A DNA stretch of 35,571 nucleotides from Patescibacteria group bacterium (GTDB taxonomy: Bacteria > Patescibacteriota > Minisyncoccia > Phycocordibacterales > UBA9973): positions 41,894 through 77,464 of the forward strand of contig JBBTUY010000003.1 of assembly GCA_038063515.1 (NCBI GenBank), written 5' to 3'. The translations under genes and the position numbers were made by a program. Below are positions 24,161 through 33,745 of the stretch, piece after piece (the stretch's first letter is position 1; every line of letters begins with the position of its first letter). Below the pieces are notes generated by a model. That model saw nothing but the letters and a program-made list of their open reading frames with translations, did no database searches and had not been told where the DNA came from.

Positions 24161-25921
24161 ATGAAAGTGAATTTTCGAAGAATTTTATATTATTTGTGGC
24201 CCCACATAAAAAAGCACTGGGTAGCTTTCTTGTTGGTTTTTATAGGCTACACCATAGGTATAATTTTTGACTCCATATTAAAGCCTCTAATAGTACAACA
24301 TCTTATTGATTTATTCTCTTCAGGCTTAGATAAGGATTTAATATTAGATAAGGCTATGCAGTATGTTTTTCTAATAGCCAGTTGCTTAGTTCTTCTTAAT
24401 GTTGGTTTTCGAACAGGTGATTTCGCTATGGCGTATTTTGAAAGTAATGTAATGAAGAGACTGTACGATTTTACATTCGATCGTTTACTCGCACATTCTT
24501 ACAGGTTTTTTTCAAATAACTTTTCTGGTAGTCTTATTGCAAAATCAAGAAGATTTACAAAATCATTTGAAACTTTTTTTGATGTAATTGCTTTTAATAT
24601 TTGGTTTTCATTGGTAAATTTAGTGGCTGTATTTGTGGTTTTATTTTTTAAAATCCCATTCCTTGCATTTATGTTTCTTGGTTGGTCTGTATTGTATGTT
24701 CTTATAATAATGCTTTTCCTCAGGAAGAAGATAAAATATGATGCGATAGAAGCTTCAGCAGATTCTCTGGTAACCGGTCGTTTTGCCGATGCGATATCCA
24801 ATATATTAAATATCAAGATATTTTCTTCAGATGCTAAAGAGAAAGAGAATTTCAGATCTTTTACTAATGATGAAGAGAAAAAAAGACGGAAGGCCTGGTA
24901 TTTCGGTAATTTTCAAAACCTAACACAATCAATACTAATGGCTATCTTTCGGATTGTGGTTTTAATTATAAACATACGTTTTTGGTATGTCGGTAAAATA
25001 TCATTAGGTATGTTTGTTCTAATAGAGGCATATATGAACAACCTTTTTGATATTCTTTGGCGTTTCGGTGTTTCTTTTAATAAGATGATAAAAGCTCTTA
25101 CTGATATGCAGGAAGTTGTAGATATTTTTGATACACCCATAGATATTACGGATGTCAAAAATCCAGAATTTTTAAAATCTAAAGAAGGTACGGTTAATTT
25201 CAAAAACATTTCTTTTGCATACAGAGGAGGTGGCAAGGTTCTCAATAATTTTAATTTAGAAATTAAGTCCGGTGAGCGCATAGGTCTCGTAGGTTATTCA
25301 GGTGCAGGTAAATCCACAATCACTAAGCTTCTTCTTCGTTTTGTAGATACAAATGAGGGTGAGATCATGATTGATGATCAAAATATAAAAAACATAACAC
25401 AAAATGATTTAAGGTCTGTCGTCTCTTATGTACCGCAAGAGTCTGTATTGTTTCATAGAACTATAGGAGAAAATATAGCTTATAGTAAACCAAATGCAAC
25501 ACAAGAAGAAATCATAGAAGTGGCAAAGAAAGCACATGCCCACGAATTTATTTTAAATCTACAAAAAGGTTATGATACTTTAGTGGGTGAGCGTGGCATC
25601 AAGCTCTCAGGGGGCGAGAGACAGAGAGTGGCCATAGCACGAGCCATGCTGAAAGATTCTCCTGTTCTTGTTTTAGACGAAGCTACGAGTTCACTTGACA
25701 GTGTGAGTGAGTCATACATTCAAGATGCGTTTAATGAATTAATGAAAGGGAAGACGACCATAGTCATAGCGCACAGACTTTCTACAATACAGAAAATGGA
25801 TAGAATAATAGTCCTTGATGAGGGTAAAATAGCTGAAGAGGGTACCCATAAAGAATTATTAGAAAAAGGTGGTATATACGCTGACCTTTGGAGTCACCAG
25901 ACTGGTGGATTTATGGAATAA
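24161..25921 (+). CDS. ABC exporter, fused permease/ATP-binding subunit
   Basis: N-terminal TM domain, Walker A GYSGAGKST, signature LSGGERQR, Walker B VLVLDEATS and H-loop IAHRLST. Confidence 0.95.
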   Translation: MKVNFRRILYYLWPHIKKHWVAFLLVFIGYTIGIIFDSILKPLIVQHLIDLFSSGLDKDLILDKAMQYVFLIASCLVLLNVGFRTGDFAMAYFESNVMKRLYDFTFDRLLAHSYRFFSNNFSGSLIAKSRRFTKSFETFFDVIAFNIWFSLVNLVAVFVVLFFKIPFLAFMFLGWSVLYVLIIMLFLRKKIKYDAIEASADSLVTGRFADAISNILNIKIFSSDAKEKENFRSFTNDEEKKRRKAWYFGNFQNLTQSILMAIFRIVVLIINIRFWYVGKISLGMFVLIEAYMNNLFDILWRFGVSFNKMIKALTDMQEVVDIFDTPIDITDVKNPEFLKSKEGTVNFKNISFAYRGGGKVLNNFNLEIKSGERIGLVGYSGAGKSTITKLLLRFVDTNEGEIMIDDQNIKNITQNDLRSVVSYVPQESVLFHRTIGENIAYSKPNATQEEIIEVAKKAHAHEFILNLQKGYDTLVGERGIKLSGGERQRVAIARAMLKDSPVLVLDEATSSLDSVSESYIQDAFNELMKGKTTIVIAHRLSTIQKMDRIIVLDEGKIAEEGTHKELLEKGGIYADLWSHQTGGFME

Positions 25922-25957
25922 TTGTCAAGGGGCATCTTTGACATATAAGATAAAATT

Positions 25958-27760
25958 ATGAATTTAAAAAATATTAGAAACTTCTCAATCATCGCACACA
26001 TAGACCATGGTAAAAGTACCTTGGCAGACAGAATGCTTGAGCTCACACATACAATAGAGACTCGTAAGATGCGTGACCAAGTGCTCGATTCCATGGATCT
26101 TGAACGTGAGCGTGGTATTACGATCAAGATGCAACCTGTACATATGGAGTACACTTTGGGGGGCGAAAATTACGTTTTAAACCTAATAGATACCCCTGGT
26201 CACATAGACTTCTCATACGAGGTATCTCGGGCCCTGAAGGCCGTGGAAGGCTCTATTTTGCTCATAGACTCTACACAGGGTGTACAGGCTCAGACCCTCA
26301 CCACTCTTGCATTAGCTCGTGAGGGAGGGCTTAAGATCATACCCGTGCTTTCAAAGATAGATTCACCTCTTTCCCGAGTGGAAGATATAAAAGAAGAAGT
26401 TGTAAATCTTTTAGATTGCGACCCCGATGACATTCTCCTTGTTTCTGGGCGCACAGGAGAAGGTGTAGAAGATTTACTTAAAGAGATAATAAAGCGTGTA
26501 CCAGAACCAAAAGAGACGTACAAGGGTGACAACAATACTCGGGCATTGGTATTCGATTTTAAATATTCAAATCATAGAGGTGTGATTGTTTTTGTGAGAT
26601 TGCTTGATGGAAGAATTTCCAAAGGTGATACATTACTTTTTGCAGTTTCAGGAGAGAAATTTATTGCTCTTGAAGTGGGCACATTTTCTCCCGAAGAAAC
26701 TCCATGTGACTATCTTTCTTCTGGTGATACGGGATACATAGTTACAGGTATTAAAAAGCCGGGTATAGCCTCTGTCGGAGATACGATAACAATGTTTAAG
26801 AATCCTTTGCCTGCTTTCCCTGGATACATGCAGCCTCTTCCTGTCGTATGGGCTTCTGTTTTTCCAGAAGATGCAGATGATTTTGCAGAGCTTAAATTAT
26901 CTTTAGGTAAATTAAAACTTTCTGATTCAGCATTTTCTTATGAAGAGGAGGCATCAGGATCACTCGGTAAGGGTTTCAGGTGTGGCTTCTTGGGGATGCT
27001 TCATTTGGAAATAATTACAGAGAGATTGAAAAGAGAGTTTAACTTAGAGCTTGTGATCACTACTCCATCTATTACATACGAAGTTCTCATGAAAAATGGT
27101 AAAAGAGAGAAAATTTATTCCCCATATTTTTTTCCTGATGACGGCAACATAGAGACTGTTTTTGAACCATGGGTCAATATAAAAATAATAACTCCTTCTA
27201 ATTACCTAGGAGGTATAATGCAATTGCTTTTTGATCATGAAGCAGAGATAGGTGAAACAGAAAACTTCGGAGACAACAGATCATCAGTGAGTGTACAAAT
27301 GCCACTACGTGAGCTTATGCGTAACTTCTTTGATGAATTAAAGAGCACCTCTTCTGGTTATGGTTCTATATCTTACAAAGTGGGGGAAATGCGTGAGGCT
27401 AATGTCACCAGACTCGATATGCTTGTAGCGGATGAAATAGTACCCGCCTTCTCAAAGGTAATTTCAAAGAAAAGAGTTGAAGTAGAAGCAGAGAAATCAG
27501 TAGAGAAGCTGGCAAATTTATTACCTCGCCAGATGTTTTCTATGAAAATACAAGGTAAGGCATTCGGACGTATAATTTCTTCGAGGTCTCTTTCAGGTAT
27601 GAAGAAAGACGTGACTCAGCACATGTATGGAGGTGATATTACCCGCAAGATGAAGCTTCGTGAAAAGCAGAAAAAAGGTAAGAAGAAAATGAAAGAAAGA
27701 GGAAAAGTAAACATTCCTCAAGATGTCTTCCTAAAGATGATGCGTACCGGAGATAACTAA
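25958..27760 (+). CDS. lepA: Elongation factor 4 (LepA)
   Basis: IRNFSIIAHIDHGKSTLADR, LIDTPGH, GFRCGFLGMLHLEI and YGGDITRKMKL..KQKKGKKKMK. Confidence 0.98.
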   Translation: MNLKNIRNFSIIAHIDHGKSTLADRMLELTHTIETRKMRDQVLDSMDLERERGITIKMQPVHMEYTLGGENYVLNLIDTPGHIDFSYEVSRALKAVEGSILLIDSTQGVQAQTLTTLALAREGGLKIIPVLSKIDSPLSRVEDIKEEVVNLLDCDPDDILLVSGRTGEGVEDLLKEIIKRVPEPKETYKGDNNTRALVFDFKYSNHRGVIVFVRLLDGRISKGDTLLFAVSGEKFIALEVGTFSPEETPCDYLSSGDTGYIVTGIKKPGIASVGDTITMFKNPLPAFPGYMQPLPVVWASVFPEDADDFAELKLSLGKLKLSDSAFSYEEEASGSLGKGFRCGFLGMLHLEIITERLKREFNLELVITTPSITYEVLMKNGKREKIYSPYFFPDDGNIETVFEPWVNIKIITPSNYLGGIMQLLFDHEAEIGETENFGDNRSSVSVQMPLRELMRNFFDELKSTSSGYGSISYKVGEMREANVTRLDMLVADEIVPAFSKVISKKRVEVEAEKSVEKLANLLPRQMFSMKIQGKAFGRIISSRSLSGMKKDVTQHMYGGDITRKMKLREKQKKGKKKMKERGKVNIPQDVFLKMMRTGDN

Positions 27761-27890
27761 TTTCTATTGAAAAATAGGTGAGTACAAGAGAACCATACTT
27801 ATTATTATAAGTATGCTAACAAATGCCCAGACAAACTGTATTTTTTTCTGATGTTTTTTGTTGAATATCATGATATGATCATAGCATATT

Positions 27891-28265
27891 ATGAGAAGTT
27901 TTCAAGAAAAAAGAAGATGGAGAAAAATCATGGAATCTTGGCCAGTATTATTGCTTCTCACCATCCTGCTCGTTATTTTTTCTTGGAGCGTTATAGGATT
28001 TTTGCGAAAAATGAATTTAACTAAAGAAAACAGGGAGATAGCCGAGGAACAACTTGCTCAGTTGAAAAATAAAAAACAAAAACTATCGAATGATATAGAA
28101 AATTTAAATACAGAAGAAGGGAAAGAAACTATTTTTAGAGAAAATTTTGGTTTGGCTAAAGAAGGCGAAAATCTAATCATCGTTTTAGACGAAAAAAACA
28201 AAGAAGAGGAGAAGATTTCATCAAAGTCTGGCTTTTTCTCCAAGTTATTATTTTGGAGAGATTAA
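27891..28265 (+). CDS. Septum formation initiator (FtsB/DivIC family)
   Basis: One TM helix, a coiled coil, then the family-typical RENFGLAKEGE motif. Confidence 0.8.
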   Translation: MRSFQEKRRWRKIMESWPVLLLLTILLVIFSWSVIGFLRKMNLTKENREIAEEQLAQLKNKKQKLSNDIENLNTEEGKETIFRENFGLAKEGENLIIVLDEKNKEEEKISSKSGFFSKLLFWRD

Positions 28266-28276
28266 AATACTTTTAG

Positions 28277-28347
28277 TGCGGGATAGGAGAATCGAACTCC
28301 TGTCTAATCCTTGGGAAGGACTCATTCTGCCACTAAACTAATCCCGC
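28277..28347 (-). tRNA. tRNA-Gly(CCC)
   Basis: Cloverleaf GCGGGAT...ATCCCGC-A, anticodon arm AGTCC-TTCCCAA-GGATT, T-loop TTCGATT. CCA is not encoded. Confidence 0.95.
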
Positions 28348-28445
28348 AATAAGCTTTTCTGTACCTGTACTGAAATATATATCTATTTCACCTTTAGATC
28401 AAGTGTGATATAATGTGTATATTAGAAATAATTTATAATATTTTC

Positions 28446-28679
28446 ATGAAAAATGTAACAATTTACTCAACACCTACATGTCACTTCTGTCACATGGCGA
28501 AAGACTTTTTTAAAGAAAAAAATATAGCTTACACAGAGCATGACGTAGCCTCTGATTTAGAAAAAAGAAAAGAAATGATAGACAAGAGTGGCCAGATGGG
28601 CGTCCCTGTGATAATAATAGGTGAGGAGCTGACTGTCGGCTTCGACCAAGCTAAAATCTCTAGCATGCTCGGATTATAA
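28446..28679 (+). CDS. Glutaredoxin-like protein (NrdH/YruB type)
   Basis: VTIYSTPTCHFC, SGQMGVPVI and VGFD. The start is reassigned to ATG 28446, which lies 6 nt after TATAAT. Confidence 0.92.
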   Translation: MKNVTIYSTPTCHFCHMAKDFFKEKNIAYTEHDVASDLEKRKEMIDKSGQMGVPVIIIGEELTVGFDQAKISSMLGL

Positions 28680-28690
28680 TTCTGGGTTTT

Positions 28691-28762
28691 GTCCTCGTAG
28701 TTCAATGGATAGAATAGCTCACTCCTAACGAGCTGATCCAGGTTCGACTCCCGGCGAGGACA
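28691..28762 (+). tRNA. tRNA-Arg(CCT)
   Basis: GTCCTCG...CGAGGAC-A acceptor stem, anticodon loop CTCCTAA, T-loop TTCGACT. Confidence 0.92.
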
Positions 28763-28817
28763 CACATCTAGCCGTATTAATTTTGATTTTTCTATTTATT
28801 TTTGCTAATATTTAAAC

Positions 28818-29060
28818 ATGCTACCAGAAGAGAAAAAGCTACTAGAAGACACCTTAGAGCTATCAAAGGAGAACAATGAAATGCTCCATGCTATGAGGCG
28901 TTCTCAGCGTTTTTCTCAAATAATGACTGTAGTATACTGGGTATTTATACTTGGAGTAGGAGCAAGCGCATACTACTTTATACAACCTTATTTTGAGTCA
29001 TTATTTAGTGTATACGGAGGCAGTGACATAAATAGTGTTTTCAACCAATTGAATAAATAA
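28818..29060 (+). CDS. Small single-TM hypothetical protein
   Basis: 80-aa ORF with its own promoter (TTGATT-N17-TAATAT, 28783-28811), an N-terminal coiled coil and one TM helix. Confidence 0.75.
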   Translation: MLPEEKKLLEDTLELSKENNEMLHAMRRSQRFSQIMTVVYWVFILGVGASAYYFIQPYFESLFSVYGGSDINSVFNQLNK

Positions 29061-29090
29061 AAAATTTCGAATTTTTTGAAAGACAAATTT

Positions 29091-29162
29091 GCCTAGGTAG
29101 CTCAGTAGTAGAGCGCTCCCCTGAAGAGGGAGATGTCGGGTGTGCGATTCACCCCCTAGGCA
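29091..29162 (+). tRNA. tRNA-Phe(GAA)
   Basis: GCCTAGG...CCTAGGC-A acceptor stem, anticodon arm CTCCC-CTGAAGA-GGGAG. The D- and T-loops are atypical. Confidence 0.92.
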
Positions 29163-29165
29163 CAT

Positions 29166-29212
29166 AAAATAAAAACCTATCTGACTTTATATATCTGAGA
29201 GGTTTTTATTTT
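29166..29212. terminator. Bidirectional terminator between tRNA-Phe and hsp20
   Basis: AAAATAAAAACCT...AGGTTTTTATTTT 13-bp inverted repeat between convergent genes. Confidence 0.7.
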
Positions 29213-29214
29213 CC

Positions 29215-29694
29215 TTAGATAGACTTGATCTTAATAGTACTTTTCTTTTCTTTGTCTACCTTTTGCATCTTGATAGTGAGGAGGCCGTGCTTTTCTGTGG
29301 CTTCTATTTCTTCTGGCTCTACTTCAGCAGGGAGGTTAATGACACGAGAAAATTTACCCCAGTATAACTCTTTGACGAAATAGTTGTCATCATCTATGTT
29401 TCTTGTTTCTTCTCTTTTGCCTGTTATGGTGACTAGATCTCTACCTATAGTTATTTCTAAGTCTTCTGGTCGCACTCCTGCTACCATTGTTTGTACTATC
29501 ATGTTTGTTGGTGTTTGGTATACGTCCACTGATAGCTCAGCCTCCTCACTTTCTTCATCTGCCCAGATGCTCGCATTTCCAGACTTTTTATTTGATTCTT
29601 TTATAGAAGTTTTCTGTACAAATTCCTCCTCCTCATCTTTGATGATGACGCTTCCTGTTATCCTCTCAAAAAAACTTCTTTTTTTATTTTCCAT
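29215..29694 (-). CDS. Hsp20/alpha-crystallin small heat-shock protein
   Basis: VDVYQT, ITGKRE, ELYWGKFSRVINLP and EATEKHGLLTIKMQK. Confidence 0.93.
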   Translation of the reverse strand: MENKKRSFFERITGSVIIKDEEEEFVQKTSIKESNKKSGNASIWADEESEEAELSVDVYQTPTNMIVQTMVAGVRPEDLEITIGRDLVTITGKREETRNIDDDNYFVKELYWGKFSRVINLPAEVEPEEIEATEKHGLLTIKMQKVDKEKKSTIKIKSI

Positions 29695-29728
29695 AATTAT
29701 ATAGTGTATTTATTTAATAATATTGAGT

Positions 29729-30412
29729 TTAATTAATTCTCCTAACTTTTTCAAAAAGTAACATCATTACAACTGTAATAACCCACAGAAATCCAAACAC
29801 TTTTAAGAAATCGCTACCGTTATTCTTTATTATAAAAAAATTAAACGTAGTATGCAAGGTGATGGCTAGTACAAGTCCTATAAAAATGTGCCACAATCTT
29901 TTTAAACCTGTTAAATAAAATGACATTCCGAGAGAAATACCGAGAATACCACTTGAAACAGTGTGAAGGAGAGTAGCTCCGAGGAACCTAAGCTGGCCTG
30001 TTAAAAGGCTTACAGTAGCTCCTTCTGTGGCAAGTGGTTTTATTAAAAATAGAGTATTTTCAAGTGCTGCAAAACCGAGCGCTGCTGTTATGAGGTATAT
30101 AGGCCATTCGATTGGCTCGTCTACGTATTTTGTTTTATACACGATGATGAGAACAGCTAGGTATTTTATTATTTCTTCTGCTCCTGCCCAGTAAACTATT
30201 TGCCAGTCATTTGCTAAGGTGTGTGCTTGTATGAATCTTTGAATAGGTAAGACACATACGACAGCCAACATTCCTAAGATAAAAATGATTGTAAGTAATC
30301 CTTTCGGCTCAGATCTTTTTTTGTCCTCTTTAAGCCAAAACCAAAGCCATATGAGAGAGGGTAGTATACCTCCTAAAAAAGCTATAAGTAAAATTTTAGG
30401 ATTATAGATCAT
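29729..30412 (-). CDS. prsW: PrsW-family intramembrane metalloprotease
   Basis: EEIIK, LGFAALEN, LH....G and LHTTFN motifs. The start is reassigned to the ATG in the TAATG overlap with the valS stop. Confidence 0.88.
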   Translation of the reverse strand: MIYNPKILLIAFLGGILPSLIWLWFWLKEDKKRSEPKGLLTIIFILGMLAVVCVLPIQRFIQAHTLANDWQIVYWAGAEEIIKYLAVLIIVYKTKYVDEPIEWPIYLITAALGFAALENTLFLIKPLATEGATVSLLTGQLRFLGATLLHTVSSGILGISLGMSFYLTGLKRLWHIFIGLVLAITLHTTFNFFIIKNNGSDFLKVFGFLWVITVVMMLLFEKVRRIN

Positions 30413-32523
30413 TATTTGGGCCAAGATTGTATGATAAGAAGATTTTTCTGTTTATTTTCATGATGGGGTATCATAGACCATATTTCTTCAGTGATAAAAG
30501 GCATAAATGGGTGTAGTGCTACTACGAGTGTGTTTAATTGATTTAACAAAAGTGCCTTTGCAGAATCAGCATTTCTATTTTCTATTATTTTTTTCTTTGA
30601 TCTCTCTATTATTATATCAGCAAAACTGTGCCAGAAATAATGATAAAGTTTTTCTGCGACAAGATAAAACTTGTATTCATCCATTTCTGCAGTAATTTCT
30701 TTTACTAATTCTTTTAATTCCTCATCTGTTTTTTTATCTTCTTCGTCATATTCAGCATTTTCAGGCAAAGTAAAATCTTTTGTATTTTCAAGTACAAAAC
30801 GTGTAGCATTCCACATTTTATTTGCAAAGTTTTTGTATGCTTTAACTTTGTCTTCTTGAAGAGCGAGGTCTGTGCCGGGAGTGTTGCCGACGATGAGTGC
30901 CATACGAAGTGCATCTGTGCCGAACTTGTCTGTGAGGGTGAGGGGATTTACTACGTTGCCTTTAGACTTACTCATTTTTTTACCCTTGGCATCGTTTACA
31001 AGTCCGTGCAGGTAGACTGTGTGAAATGGAGCTTTCCCTCCGAGGTATAATCCAAAGATCACCATTCTCGGTACCCATTTAAATATTAGATCATGCCCTG
31101 TTTCCATTACGTCGGTAGGGTAGTATGTATTAAAATCTTTCCCCTCAGGGAAATCTGTAACCATAAGTGGCCATTGTCCTGAGGAGAACCACGTATCAAA
31201 TGTATCAGTGTCTTTTATCCAGCCTTCACCATCTGGTTTTTCGATGCTCGCCACTACTTCATCATCGTGGAACCATGCAGGAATATTTATACCCCAGACT
31301 ATCTGCCTTGAGATATTCCAGTCGATATTGTTTTCCATCCAGTATCTAAATATTTTTTCGTAATTGTCAGGTATGAATTTTATTTCACCACGATCCACAG
31401 AGTCGAGTGCCATCTTTGCAAGTGGTTCCATTTTTACAAACCACTGATCTTTAATCTGAGGCTCTATGACAGTCGCGCATTTGTAGCATTTCTTTATGAC
31501 GTTTTTATAATTCCCATCTACTTTTATGAGAAGTCCTTTTTCTTTTAATTTCTCTACTATTTTAGGTCGTGCTTCTTTTATTTTTATTCCTGCAAATTCT
31601 CCTGCGACAGGGAGGAGTTTTCCATCCCAACCTATGATCTGCTCCGTGTCTAAATTGTATTTTTTTGCTAATTCATAGTCTACTTGTGAGTGCCACGGAG
31701 TTATGGTCATGACTCCTGTACCAAATTCCATGTCTACGACTGCATCCTTTATCACAGTTGCCTCTATCGGGCCATTTATCCATTCTACGATTAATTTTTG
31801 ACCATGAGTGTATTCTGCATATCTTGTATCCTCCGGATGCATTACTACGTATTTATCGGCGAACTTTGTCTCAGGTCTCACTGTTCCTATTTCAAAAGGG
31901 CCATATTTGAAATAGTAAAAAGGAGATACTTCTTCTGTGGATTCTGTTTCTACTTCTGAGAGGGAAGTCTGATGTTTAAAGCACCAGTTGATAGTCCTCT
32001 TGCCTCTGTATGCGAGTCCGTCTTTCCACATTTTTATAAATGCTTTTTGGGTTTTTTCTACCACGTCAGGATCGAGGGTAAATTTCTCGCGAGACCAATC
32101 ACAAGACGCTCCCATAGAGCGAACTTGGTTCTCCATATTTTTTTTATTGAAAAGTGTGAAGTCTAGGATTTCTTTATATAAATCCTCTGGATCCATTCCA
32201 AATCTTGACCTTCCTTCTTTTTCTAATTTCTTTTCATACACGACTTGAGTTTCAAAACCTGCATGGTCTGCACCAGGGATCCAGAGCGCTTTGTATCCTT
32301 GCATTCTTTTGTATCGTGTCATTATGTCTTCGAGAGTGATGAAGAGCGTGTGTCCCGCATGAAGGTCACCGTTTGCATTTGGGGGAGGCATGACTATAGT
32401 GAATGCTTTATCTCTCTCACCAGGCAAATTATCAGGGTTAAAAAAACCACTATCTTCCCATAGTTTGTATATCCTTTCCTCAGTATTTTTTGGGTCGTAG
32501 GGCTTTAATAGCTTTTCATCCAT
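30412..32523 (-). CDS. valS: Valine--tRNA ligase lacking the C-terminal coiled-coil arm
   Basis: MPPPNANGDLHAGH, PGADHAG, DWNISRQIVWG, DTFDTWFSSGQWP and KMSKSKGN. The start is reassigned to ATG 32523, 6 nt after TG-G-TATTAT. Confidence 0.97.
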   Translation of the reverse strand: MDEKLLKPYDPKNTEERIYKLWEDSGFFNPDNLPGERDKAFTIVMPPPNANGDLHAGHTLFITLEDIMTRYKRMQGYKALWIPGADHAGFETQVVYEKKLEKEGRSRFGMDPEDLYKEILDFTLFNKKNMENQVRSMGASCDWSREKFTLDPDVVEKTQKAFIKMWKDGLAYRGKRTINWCFKHQTSLSEVETESTEEVSPFYYFKYGPFEIGTVRPETKFADKYVVMHPEDTRYAEYTHGQKLIVEWINGPIEATVIKDAVVDMEFGTGVMTITPWHSQVDYELAKKYNLDTEQIIGWDGKLLPVAGEFAGIKIKEARPKIVEKLKEKGLLIKVDGNYKNVIKKCYKCATVIEPQIKDQWFVKMEPLAKMALDSVDRGEIKFIPDNYEKIFRYWMENNIDWNISRQIVWGINIPAWFHDDEVVASIEKPDGEGWIKDTDTFDTWFSSGQWPLMVTDFPEGKDFNTYYPTDVMETGHDLIFKWVPRMVIFGLYLGGKAPFHTVYLHGLVNDAKGKKMSKSKGNVVNPLTLTDKFGTDALRMALIVGNTPGTDLALQEDKVKAYKNFANKMWNATRFVLENTKDFTLPENAEYDEEDKKTDEELKELVKEITAEMDEYKFYLVAEKLYHYFWHSFADIIIERSKKKIIENRNADSAKALLLNQLNTLVVALHPFMPFITEEIWSMIPHHENKQKNLLIIQSWPK

Positions 32524-32561
32524 TTCCAAATAATACCATATTTAATAGCTATTTGGCGAGA

Positions 32562-33740
32562 TTAAAGTCTTAGGTTTCCGTCTGCCTTAATACTCTCCAT
32601 TTTCGGCACTTTTTTCTTATTTTTTATGAAGTTTAGGTATCCAGCTATGCCTATCATGAGGGCATTGTCTCCAGTTAGATTTTTCTCTGGCACGAGGAGC
32701 TTTATTTTCTTGCTTGTGAGTTTCTGCATTTCATTACGCAAGTGAGTATTGCAAGAAACTCCACCTCCGATGATGAGTGTTTTTATTTTATATTTATCTA
32801 TAGCTTTTTTAGTTTTGTGCACGAGGGATTCTATTGCAGCTTTTTCAAATTCTAGAGCAATTTTACTTTTTGTTTCTTCGTCTATCTTTTCAAGCCCCCC
32901 TAATTTTTTTATGAGATATAGTACTGCAGTCTTGAGTCCAGAAAAAGAGAAATTAAAATTTTTACTGTGGAGCATTGGTCGCGGGAGAACAAAAGGAGAA
33001 CGAATTTTTTCTGGGTCGCTGTCTGGTTCTGCTGAACCAGCGCTGCCTCTCTGCTCGTCAGCCTGCGAGACACCCAGAAAATATTGTTCTTCCTTTGTTC
33101 TCAACCCCTCTGCCAATTTTGATATTTCTGGACCCCCAGGGTAGGGTAGTCCGAGCATTCGGGCCACCTTGTCATAAGCCTCGCCGACAGCGTCGTCTAG
33201 CGTCTGCCCTACAATGTCATATTCCATCCATTTCTTGCTTACTACGAGCTCTGTGTGGCCTCCAGAGACCAGTAGGGATAGGGTAGGAGTCTTTACTTTT
33301 TTCACCAGAAATTTCCCCTTACCCTTATTGTCCTTTTTTGCAAATGTAGAAAATATGTGTCCTTCCATGTGGTTTGTGGGTATGAGGGGCACGTTCCATT
33401 TTGTGGCCAAATTTTTTGCGAAAACGATACCTTCCCAGAGGCACATTTCGAGTCCGGGACCATAAGTGACGGCTATGGCATCTACGGGCTTTTTACCTTT
33501 TTTAATTTCTTTATCTAGCTGTGATTCTTTTAGTGCTTCTGCGAGAAGGATCGGGAGATTTGTCGCATGCTCTCTCTTTGCAAGAGCAGGATAGACACCT
33601 CCGTATGGTATGTGAAGCTTGATTTGAGAGTTTAGTTTGTCCGAAAGTATTTTAAAAGAGGCATTTGTGTATCCTCCTGTGGCTTCCATTATGGTTATGC
33701 CTGTGTCGTCACAGGATGTTTCTATCGAAAGTATTTTCAT
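32562..33740 (-). CDS. tsaD: tRNA N6-threonylcarbamoyladenosine transferase TsaD
   Basis: MKILSIETSCDDT, NHMEGH, VSGGHT, DDAVGEAYDKVAR, FSFSGLKTAV and DNALMI. The true start is ATG 33740; the longer ORF call overlaps tRNA-Val. Confidence 0.97.
   Translation of the reverse strand: MKILSIETSCDDTGITIMEATGGYTNASFKILSDKLNSQIKLHIPYGGVYPALAKREHATNLPILLAEALKESQLDKEIKKGKKPVDAIAVTYGPGLEMCLWEGIVFAKNLATKWNVPLIPTNHMEGHIFSTFAKKDNKGKGKFLVKKVKTPTLSLLVSGGHTELVVSKKWMEYDIVGQTLDDAVGEAYDKVARMLGLPYPGGPEISKLAEGLRTKEEQYFLGVSQADEQRGSAGSAEPDSDPEKIRSPFVLPRPMLHSKNFNFSFSGLKTAVLYLIKKLGGLEKIDEETKSKIALEFEKAAIESLVHKTKKAIDKYKIKTLIIGGGVSCNTHLRNEMQKLTSKKIKLLVPEKNLTGDNALMIGIAGYLNFIKNKKKVPKMESIKADGNLRL
32985..33102. repeat. In-frame palindromic element inside tsaD
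   Basis: Arms GAGAACAAAAGGAGAACGAATTTTTTCTGGGT and ACCCAGAAAATATTGTTCTTCCTTTGTTCTC are imperfect reverse complements, with an inner hairpin CTGGTTC-TGCT-GAACCAG. Confidence 0.8.
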
Positions 33741-33745
33741 ATTTG

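Noticed and set aside
25923-25943. TGTCAA-N9-TTGACA inverted repeat before lepA as a known operator
   Set aside because: It does not match CIRCE or another operator I can name. It may be a weak terminator or promoter overlap, and I saw only one instance.
28277-29162. tRNA cluster as an integration site for an island
   Set aside because: I found no duplicated tRNA 3' end or adjacent integrase, and the neighbours are housekeeping genes.
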